Assembly (NCBI GenBank): GCA_034408685.1
Contig: JAWXCP010000039.1
Location: 534 to 64,533, forward strand
Length of the DNA: 64,000 nt
Direction: 5' to 3'
From: Hyphomicrobium aestuarii
GTDB lineage: Bacteria > Pseudomonadota > Alphaproteobacteria > Rhizobiales > Hyphomicrobiaceae
This document shows, in pieces, positions 17,904 to 25,453 of the stretch. Every line of letters begins with the position of its first letter. Position 1 is the first letter of the stretch. Both the position numbers and the translations under genes were made by a program. Under the pieces are notes generated by a model, which worked only from the letters and a program-made list of their open reading frames with translations, ran no database searches and was not told the origin of the DNA.

Positions 17904-19161
17904 GCAATCCGATCGGTATTCTTTGTTCACCCTGTTGAGGGAGGGGCTGCGCGGACACACGGGTTGGCGTCCGGCGTGGCGCGACGCCGCCCCACAACCA
18001 GCCTACGATATTGTGATCGTCGGCGGTGGAGGCCACGGCCTGGCAACCGCTTACTATCTCGCCAAAACGTACAACCGAATCAAGATTGCCGTGGTCGAGA
18101 AAGGCTGGATCGGTGGCGGCAATGTCGGCCGAAACACCACGATCATTCGCTCTAATTACCTGCTGCCCGCCAACATTCCATTCTACGAAACGTCGCTCAA
18201 GCTGTGGGAAGGACTAGAACAAGACCTCAACTACAATGCGATGATCAGCCAGCGCGGCGTCGTGAACCTCTACCACTCCGATGCCCAGCGAGACGCTTAC
18301 GTCAGGCGCGGCAATGCCATCCTCATGCATGGCGCTGACGCTGAGCTCCTCGACGAGGCTGGCGTTCGCCGGATGCTGCCGTTTCTCGATTTCGACGGCG
18401 CGCGGTTTCCGATCACGGGCGCCTTGCTCCAGCGGCGAGGTGGGACCGTTCGGCACGATGCGGTCGCATGGGGCTACGCGCGCGCCGCCGATCGGCTCGG
18501 GGTCGACATCATACAAAATTGCGAAGTCACCGGTTTTCGGATCGAGGACGGCAAGGTCACGGGCCTCGATACCACGCGCGGACATATTGGAGCGGCCAAG
18601 GTCGGGCTGGCGTGTGCAGGGCGCACATCGCAGGTTGCGGCCATGGCGGGGCTTCGACTGCCGATCGAAAGCCACGCGTTGCAAGCCTTCGTCAGCGAAG
18701 CAATCAAACCGTTTATCGATACGGTCGTCACGTTTGGGGCCGGCCATTTCTATATCAGTCAGTCCGACAAAGGCGGGCTTGTGTTCGGTGGCGATATAGA
18801 AGGCTACAATAGTTACGCTTCACGTGGCAATCTGCCCGTGATCGAGGACGTATGCGAATGCGGTATGGCATTGATACCAAGTCTCGGTCGGCTGCGAATC
18901 GTGCGGCACTGGGGCGGCATCATGGATATGACCATGGACGGCAGCCCGATTATCGATCGCACACCCGTCGAAGGCCTCTATCTCAATGGCGGGTGGTGCT
19001 ACGGCGGCTTCAAGGCTACCCCGGCATCGGGACTTTGCTTTGCCCACCTGATCGCAACCGGCGAGCCGCACGCTGTCGCAAGCGCCTACCGGCTCGATCG
19101 CTTTGCAACTGGTCATCTGATCGACGAAAAAGGAATGGGGCCGCACCCGCAGCTCCATTAG
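17896..19161 (+). CDS. mgdA: N-methylglutamate dehydrogenase subunit A (sarcosine-oxidase beta-like FAD oxidoreductase)
   Basis: 'YDIVIVGGGGHGLATAYYLAK' dinucleotide fold with SoxB-like sequence. The ATG overlaps the gmaS stop (ATGTTTGA). Confidence 0.85.
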   Translation: MFEQSDRYSLFTLLREGLRGHTGWRPAWRDAAPQPAYDIVIVGGGGHGLATAYYLAKTYNRIKIAVVEKGWIGGGNVGRNTTIIRSNYLLPANIPFYETSLKLWEGLEQDLNYNAMISQRGVVNLYHSDAQRDAYVRRGNAILMHGADAELLDEAGVRRMLPFLDFDGARFPITGALLQRRGGTVRHDAVAWGYARAADRLGVDIIQNCEVTGFRIEDGKVTGLDTTRGHIGAAKVGLACAGRTSQVAAMAGLRLPIESHALQAFVSEAIKPFIDTVVTFGAGHFYISQSDKGGLVFGGDIEGYNSYASRGNLPVIEDVCECGMALIPSLGRLRIVRHWGGIMDMTMDGSPIIDRTPVEGLYLNGGWCYGGFKATPASGLCFAHLIATGEPHAVASAYRLDRFATGHLIDEKGMGPHPQLH

Positions 19162-19170
19162 TGACCCATC

Positions 19171-19479
19171 ATGCGCATTCCGTGTACTTACTGCGGCAAT
19201 CGACAATTGGACGAATTCACGTACTTCGGGGACGCGACCGTGCGTCGACCCGATTCCGAGGCGGCCGATGCCCTGCCAGCGTTCGTCTCGTACGTTTATG
19301 ATCGCACCAACCCGACCGGCCCACACCGTGAACTCTGGTACCATGGCCTAGGCTGCCGCCAATGGCTCGTTGTCACACGCGATATCACCACGCACGAAGT
19401 GTTAGGCGCGCAACCTGCCCGCGATGTTGCGAGCCGATCCGCGGTGAGCGCTAAGCCAGCAGAGGCTCCTGCGTCATGA
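19171..19479 (+). CDS. mgdB: N-methylglutamate dehydrogenase subunit B (sarcosine-oxidase delta-like)
   Basis: 102 aa, 'MRIPCTYCGNRQLDEFTYFGDA', a SoxD-type Cys motif. Its stop overlaps the mgdC start. Confidence 0.8.
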   Translation: MRIPCTYCGNRQLDEFTYFGDATVRRPDSEAADALPAFVSYVYDRTNPTGPHRELWYHGLGCRQWLVVTRDITTHEVLGAQPARDVASRSAVSAKPAEAPAS

Positions 19480-22454
19480 CCAGCCTCAGACGACCAACCG
19501 GCGGCGATATCGACCGCCAGACGACGTTGCGTTTCACGTTCGACGGCACGGAATACGCTGGCCACCCAGGCGATACGTTAGCGTCGGCCTTGCTGGCAAA
19601 CGGCGTGAAGCTTGTCGGCCGCTCGTTCAAATATCACCGCCCGCGCGGCGTCCTGACGGCCGGTTCTGAGGAACCCAACGCGCTTGTGGAATTGCGTCTC
19701 GGATCAGCCCGAGAACCAAACACACGTGCAACCGTCGTTGAACTTTATGACGGCCTCGACGCCCGAAGCCAGAACCGCTGGCCATCGCTCAAATACGACG
19801 CTCTTGCGATCAACTCGCTCGCGGCTCCGATGCTGGTTGCCGGTTTCTACTATAAAACCTTCATGTGGCCGGCCGCGTTCTGGGAGCGCGTCTACGAGCC
19901 GCTGATCCGCCGGGCTGCAGGTATGGGGCGGGCTGCCACGGAACCTGATCCTGACAGCTATGAGAAAGTTTCGGCTCACTGCGACGTGCTCATCGTCGGT
20001 GGCGGACCGGCGGGATTGAGCGCAGCGCTTGCCGCAGCCCGATCGGGCGCACGTGTGATCCTCGCCGACGAGGGGTTTCGGCTGGGCGGCCAGTCGGTGG
20101 CCAGTTCTGCCGCACTCGATAATGGTTCCGTGAGCGACTGGATCGCTCGCGCTGAAGCTGAGCTGCACGCATTGCCGAATAATCGGGTCTTGAAGCGAAC
20201 TACCGTCTTCGGTGTCTACGACAGCGCAACCTACGGCGCCGTTGAACGCGTCAGTGATCACCTGCCGACGCGGATGCCCGGTCACCCGCGACAACGATTG
20301 TGGAGGATCGTGGCGCGCCAAACGGTTCTCGCCTCCGGCGCAACCGAGCGCCCTATCGCGTTCGGCAACAATGACCTGCCAGGCGTGATGCTTGCCTCAG
20401 CGGTCAAAACCTACGTCGACCGGTTTGCCGTGCAAATCGGACAACAAGCGGTTGTTTTCACCAACAACAGCAGTGCGGCCTCGACCATCGCCGCGCTGCA
20501 TCGCGGCGGCGTCTCGATCGCAGCTATCGTCGATGCGCGACTGCAGCCCGACGCCAGCATCACGGCATCCGCACAAGCTGCGGGCGCGCCGCTCCTCGCC
20601 GGTGCGGAGGTGATCGACGCTCACGGCGGCTACGAACTCCGCGCGATCACGGTTCGTAGCCGTGAGGGTCGCTATCAAACCATGAACATCGACTGCGATC
20701 TGCTGGCCGTATCGGGTGGCTGGAACCCGAACCTTCAACTCACAACCCATCTTGGCGGGCGGCCGATCTGGAACGACACCATCGCGGCATTTGTCCCCGA
20801 CAAACTGCCACCGGGTATCTTGGTCGCTGGCGGTGCCGCGGGGCGCTATGATCTCACCGACGCCGTCGCCGATGGCCAACGCGCCGGTGCCCGGTCAGCA
20901 GAACTCTGCGGGTTAACAGCCGCGCTGCCAATCGACATCGATTCCGCGAACAACTATGCGATCGAGCCATTGTGGCGGGTCACAGGCGGCAAAGGTAAGG
21001 CCTTTGTCGATTTCCAGAACGACGTCACCGCCAAGGACATCGAAATCGCAAATCGCGAAGGCTTCAGTGCCGTCGAGCATCTGAAGCGCTACACCACGCT
21101 TGGGATGGCAACCGACCAGGGCAAGACGTCGGGCGTCGTCGGCATGGGCATCCTGGCCGAACACAGCGGCCGCACACTCGCCGAAACGGGCGTCACCGTC
21201 ATGCGTCCGCCGTACACGCCGGTGGCTATCGGCGCGCTCGCCGGCCACCACCGCGGCCCCGACTTCAAGCCGAAGCGCTTGCCGCCATCTTACGCCTGGG
21301 CTAGCGAACAGGGCGCCGTGTTCGTCGAAACCGGACTGTGGATGCGGCCCCAATACTTTCCAAAGCCCGGCGACAAAGACTGGCTGGATGCCGCCGTCCG
21401 CGAGGTGGCCGGGGTGCGCTCCGCTGTCGGCGTTTGCGACGTTTCGACTTTGGGCAAGATCGACATCCAGGGTGCGGACGCGGCGAAGTTTCTCGACGGC
21501 GTTTATGCAAATACGTTTTCAACGCTGCCCATCGGCCGCGCCCGTTACGGGATCATGCTGCGTGAAGACGGCTTCGTACTCGACGACGGCACGACGGCGC
21601 GCTTTGGGCCTCATCATTTCGTGATGACGACAACCACCGCCAATGCAGCCCGTGTGATGATGCACCTCGAATACTGCCATCAGTGGCTGTGGCCGCAGCT
21701 CGATGTCCGCATGGTGGCTGTCTCCGACCAATGGGCGCAGTATGCAGTCGCTGGTCCGCGTTCGCGAGAGCTGTTGGAGCGGATCGCCGATCCCGGCATT
21801 GACCTCTCGAATGCGGCGTTCTCTTACATGTCGGCTGCAGAAATCAGCATTTGCAGCGGCCTTACGGCCCGCCTCTTTCGATTGTCGTTCAGCGGTGAAC
21901 TCGCTTACGAGATCGCTGTTCCAGCGCGCTACGGCGATGACTTGATGCGCAGATTGATAAGCGCTGGAGCGACGCTGGGCGTCATGCCGTATGGGTCCGA
22001 AGCACTCGGTATCATGCGGATTGAAAAGGGGCATGCGGCGGGCGCCGAGCTCAACGGAACAACCACGGCGTCCGATCTCGGGCTCGGTGCGCTCGTCTCG
22101 ACTAAGAAAGACTGCATCGGCCGCGTGCTGTCAGGCCGCCCGGCGCTGGTAGCGCCGGATCGCCCGGTTCTGGTTGGCATCAAGCCGGACGACCCGTCCG
22201 AGCGATTGCGAGGTGGCGCCCATATGGTGCGGGTTGGAACCGCCGTCACAGCGGCCAATGACGAAGGTTACGTCACGTCGACCGCCTATTCGCCGACGCT
22301 GGGCCATTGGATCGGACTTGCTTTCCTAAAGAGCGGCCGCGACCGCCATGGCGAAAAGGTAATGGCCGCCAGCCCCATCCACGGCGAGAGCGTTACGGTC
22401 GAGGTCGTGCCGCCGGTCTTTGTCGACCCTCAAGGAGCCAGATTGCGTGGATAA
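19476..22454 (+). CDS. mgdC: N-methylglutamate dehydrogenase subunit C (sarcosine-oxidase alpha-like, aminomethyltransferase-fold C-terminus)
   Basis: 992 aa with a SoxA-like N-terminus ('FTFDGTEYAGHPGDTLASALLANGV', 'FKYHRPRG'), an FAD/NAD fold 'DVLIVGGGPAGLSAALAAA' and a GcvT-like C-terminal half. Confidence 0.85.
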   Translation: MTSLRRPTGGDIDRQTTLRFTFDGTEYAGHPGDTLASALLANGVKLVGRSFKYHRPRGVLTAGSEEPNALVELRLGSAREPNTRATVVELYDGLDARSQNRWPSLKYDALAINSLAAPMLVAGFYYKTFMWPAAFWERVYEPLIRRAAGMGRAATEPDPDSYEKVSAHCDVLIVGGGPAGLSAALAAARSGARVILADEGFRLGGQSVASSAALDNGSVSDWIARAEAELHALPNNRVLKRTTVFGVYDSATYGAVERVSDHLPTRMPGHPRQRLWRIVARQTVLASGATERPIAFGNNDLPGVMLASAVKTYVDRFAVQIGQQAVVFTNNSSAASTIAALHRGGVSIAAIVDARLQPDASITASAQAAGAPLLAGAEVIDAHGGYELRAITVRSREGRYQTMNIDCDLLAVSGGWNPNLQLTTHLGGRPIWNDTIAAFVPDKLPPGILVAGGAAGRYDLTDAVADGQRAGARSAELCGLTAALPIDIDSANNYAIEPLWRVTGGKGKAFVDFQNDVTAKDIEIANREGFSAVEHLKRYTTLGMATDQGKTSGVVGMGILAEHSGRTLAETGVTVMRPPYTPVAIGALAGHHRGPDFKPKRLPPSYAWASEQGAVFVETGLWMRPQYFPKPGDKDWLDAAVREVAGVRSAVGVCDVSTLGKIDIQGADAAKFLDGVYANTFSTLPIGRARYGIMLREDGFVLDDGTTARFGPHHFVMTTTTANAARVMMHLEYCHQWLWPQLDVRMVAVSDQWAQYAVAGPRSRELLERIADPGIDLSNAAFSYMSAAEISICSGLTARLFRLSFSGELAYEIAVPARYGDDLMRRLISAGATLGVMPYGSEALGIMRIEKGHAAGAELNGTTTASDLGLGALVSTKKDCIGRVLSGRPALVAPDRPVLVGIKPDDPSERLRGGAHMVRVGTAVTAANDEGYVTSTAYSPTLGHWIGLAFLKSGRDRHGEKVMAASPIHGESVTVEVVPPVFVDPQGARLRG

Positions 22455-22989
22455 TAGCACACTGGTCGCGCGCCCAGCGGTTGACGCAGCACGAGCGACG
22501 AAAAAAGTCGCGACATTGCCCGACCGCGCCATCGTTCAAATCGTTTGCGCGCCCGAATGCTGCTCTGACCTTCGCGGTCGAATATCGGCTAGCTTTGGTT
22601 GCGACCTCCCACAAAAACCAAGCCTCGTAGCAGGCAACGGCTTCGAGTTTGCTTGGACTGGTCCAGGCCGATGGATGGCCATCGGAGATGGCGCGCCAGA
22701 AACCTGCATGGCACAGCTTTCAACGGCGCTGGCGGATACGGCCTCACGCGTCGACGTATCCGATGCCTACGCGACGTTTCGCCTGAACGGACCCGACGCA
22801 ACGGGAGCTCTGATGAAGCTCGTTCCGATCGATCTTGAACCGTCAGCGTTCCCATCCAGCGCTGTCGCACTCACCCATATTGCTCACGTTGCCGTCATCA
22901 TTATGAAGCGAGGCCCCGGGCCGGTCTTCGACGTTTTGATCCCCCGCTCGTTCGCTGCGACCATAGTCGGTTGGATCGAACACGCCTGA
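22447..22989 (+). CDS. mgdD: N-methylglutamate dehydrogenase subunit D (sarcosine-oxidase gamma-like)
   Basis: Small SoxG-sized protein after the alpha subunit. The GTG at 22447 has AAGGAG 9 nt upstream. The ORF caller's 22420 start would overlap mgdC by 35 nt. Confidence 0.7.
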   Translation: MDNSTLVARPAVDAARATKKVATLPDRAIVQIVCAPECCSDLRGRISASFGCDLPQKPSLVAGNGFEFAWTGPGRWMAIGDGAPETCMAQLSTALADTASRVDVSDAYATFRLNGPDATGALMKLVPIDLEPSAFPSSAVALTHIAHVAVIIMKRGPGPVFDVLIPRSFAATIVGWIEHA

Positions 22990-23022
22990 ATATATCGGTG
23001 CAGAGTGTCAGAGCGGTGGGCA

Positions 23023-23970
23023 TCATTCGGGCGGTGTCTGGTCGTCAGGCGACCCCGACATCTCGACAACGACGATGTGCGGGACGGTCAAGGCACCGAG
23101 CGCCATGAAGATCGCCCCGATCAAGGCTGGCCCGGGCGGCAGTGTCGACAACGCGAACGCGCCCACAAGCGTCCCCATAATGGCCAAAGGGGCGTAAGGA
23201 AATGCGGCGCGGAAAAACTCATTGGCAGTTTGAGATCGAAGCAGGTGCCGCGTTTCGATCATGTGGCGTATGGAATGCAGCCCACAGAAGTAGATGAGAA
23301 AAAACATCATTGGGGGCGTCAGCCATGCGAGCCCCAGAACCACGGCTATTTCGGCAGCAGCCCATGGCCTTTGACGTGCGTGCAGCGCAACCACGACGGC
23401 ACTTGCCTGTAGCAATGGCACGGCCGTTGTCGCCATAACCAGCCCAACTGCGTTTGCGATTGCGTCCGGCGCCAGCCACGAGAAAATCTCGACGACCTCT
23501 GCGCGGAAAAGTCCCGCAGGCGCCGTGATCATCGCGGCGGCAACGATCAGCCGGGGCGCCAAGTTCAAGTCGCGGTGCCAATCGCCCGAAAAATGATAGA
23601 TCGACATCAAGAGAAAAACCGGAAGCGCGATGGCGGGCGCAACGAGCCAGAGGGTAAAGAAACCTGCCGCCAGGGCGATGTAACGAAGCAGCATCTCTGG
23701 GATGCCTCGCCCGCCACGATGGCCGCTTTTTGCCGTCCAAACGGCAACATCGAAAGCACCATGCGGAACGCCAAGTAGAAGAATGAGAAATCCGGTTATA
23801 ACTGGATAATCAAGAGGATTGAAAATATTTCCACGCAAGGCGAAGATCAAGATAATTAGCGTTGCAAGGACAAATGCGGCACGGTGCTCGCAATACGCTT
23901 GTGGCCTTAATTCATCGTCGCGCCCGAGTTCTTTGGACGTTTCGCAAGATAACGCTGTAACATTGGTCAT
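23023..23970 (-). CDS. blh: Brp/Blh-family beta-carotene 15,15'-dioxygenase (retinal synthase)
   Basis: Motifs 'LLLGVPHGAFDV', 'LLMSIYHFSGDW', 'FLIYFCGLHSIRH', i.e. four His on TM helices. The ATG at 23970 was chosen so the gene does not overlap the rhodopsin gene. 315 aa. Confidence 0.85.
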   Translation of the reverse strand: MTNVTALSCETSKELGRDDELRPQAYCEHRAAFVLATLIILIFALRGNIFNPLDYPVITGFLILLLGVPHGAFDVAVWTAKSGHRGGRGIPEMLLRYIALAAGFFTLWLVAPAIALPVFLLMSIYHFSGDWHRDLNLAPRLIVAAAMITAPAGLFRAEVVEIFSWLAPDAIANAVGLVMATTAVPLLQASAVVVALHARQRPWAAAEIAVVLGLAWLTPPMMFFLIYFCGLHSIRHMIETRHLLRSQTANEFFRAAFPYAPLAIMGTLVGAFALSTLPPGPALIGAIFMALGALTVPHIVVVEMSGSPDDQTPPE

Positions 23971-24071
23971 CACGTCGCCCAATTTCGCCAGCAACGGCAC
24001 ACGCGACTGCGGCTCCGGCGTTTTGCTGAAAGCTGATGGCGCCGATTGCGCCACCAGCCGCGTTGAGCCCC

Positions 24072-24860
24072 CTATAATGCCGGGGTCGGCACGCCAGTAC
24101 GAGTGGCCACGACCGTGCCGTGTTCTGCTGCCGATTTCCGTACCGCGATAGTATATATGACGACACCGAAGACGGCCTTCGCCACGATGTCGGCGACCGT
24201 ATAGCCAATTTCGACTGCGGTTGCCGCCGTGCCGCCCGTAAGTCCGATCATCGGGAAGACGAAGACCACCGGATAAAACGACCATGAGATGACGGTCAGC
24301 CAACGCGCTGTGTCCACCAGCCCACGGACGTCAGCTGGCTGCTTGGCGATCGCTTCGCCGAGACCAACGAACAATTCGTAGACGATCCAAGCAAACGGGA
24401 TCATGGCCAGTGCCCACCAAACCCAACGGGTCGTCGGATCGCCAGAAATTTCGCCAGGATAACCCAAGACGACCATTATGGCTGCAAGCAAACCGAGCCG
24501 CACGCCTTTCGACCATGTCTCTGAGCGCGACAGACCCATTACCAGAATGAGTTCGACAAGGAGAAGTGGCACGGTAAGCAACCAATCGACGTATCGATAG
24601 GCGTGGTTGAATGCAATGCCAGTAACCGCAATTTGTCCATTCACGACATCATAACTGGCATCCCAGCTCTGAAGAATTCTGACGTAATGATAAAGTGCGA
24701 TTGCCGTGACAAGACCTGTAATCGTAATTGCGGTCTTGTATCGATCACTGACTTGTGATCGGCCGAGCCAAAAGAATAAAGTGGCTGCGCCCATGGTTGC
24801 GATTGCGAACGAAAATGCATTATAGACGAGTTCGTATTGAAGTACAGAAACTTCGGCCAT
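24072..24860 (-). CDS. Microbial rhodopsin, xanthorhodopsin/Gloeobacter-rhodopsin-like, DTE motif (predicted outward proton pump)
   Basis: 'NHAYRYVDWLLTVPLLLVE' supplies D..T......E. 'YHYVRI' supplies the conserved His. The Schiff-base Lys sits in 'YTVADIVAKAVFG'. 'QYELVYNAFSFAIATMGAATLFFW' and 'GYPGEISGD' resemble GR/XR. The ATG at 24860 has AAGGAA 7 nt upstream. 262 aa. Confidence 0.9.
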   Translation of the reverse strand: MAEVSVLQYELVYNAFSFAIATMGAATLFFWLGRSQVSDRYKTAITITGLVTAIALYHYVRILQSWDASYDVVNGQIAVTGIAFNHAYRYVDWLLTVPLLLVELILVMGLSRSETWSKGVRLGLLAAIMVVLGYPGEISGDPTTRWVWWALAMIPFAWIVYELFVGLGEAIAKQPADVRGLVDTARWLTVISWSFYPVVFVFPMIGLTGGTAATAVEIGYTVADIVAKAVFGVVIYTIAVRKSAAEHGTVVATRTGVPTPAL

Positions 24861-25134
24861 GCGTGGTTCCTTACCGCCGCTTTCAACCATCCGGTTGGAG
24901 GGTTGTTGTTCTGAAGCCATTGCGCGTCGGACGTGGGGCATCCAGGCTCGGAAACTACCCAGTGATCCACTTCGGATCGCCGTCTAGACGGGCTGATCGG
25001 GTCACCGCGCGAAGGGCCCGCGCGACTTGATCGTAAATCCGGCAATACGCGACGTGAGTAGTTTCCGAACCTTCTGCCAGTGAACACTGCTGGCCATACG
25101 TAGGCGATCATTGAAGCGGCTCGGGGCTACTCCC

Positions 25135-25191
25135 GACCCGCCGGGCAATAGGCGACCCGCCGGGCAAGAGCCAACCCGCCGGGCAACAGGC
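25135..25191. repeat. Three head-to-tail 19-bp direct repeats in the rhodopsin / CheB-CheR-kinase divergent intergenic region
   Basis: gacccgccgggcaataggc / gacccgccgggcaagagcc / aacccgccgggcaacaggc. The 13-nt core acccgccgggcaa is identical in all three. A degenerate fourth start 'aactcgggt' follows. Confidence 0.85.
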
Positions 25192-25453
25192 AACTCGGGT
25201 GGAATTCTCACGGGGTGTGACCGGTTTCCGGCCGAACAGAAGAGAATGGGCATCTGAAAATCCGCATTTTGCAGATTGCGGCCTCCCCGCGCTGCGAAAC
25301 CGGAACGTGCAAGCCTATCCCGATCATGCCAAGCTTAACCTTGGAACCTTAAACACGCCGACCGATGAAGTTTCAGACACCGCTCCAGAACGGCGAATTC
25401 AGACCATTAGCACCAGCAGATGCCGAACCAGCGAGACCTAGGACGAGTGCCGG

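Noticed and set aside
19704-20321. 205-aa minus-strand ORF, and several similar ones, within mgdC
   Set aside because: They are antisense shadows of a gene with strong SoxA-like evidence.
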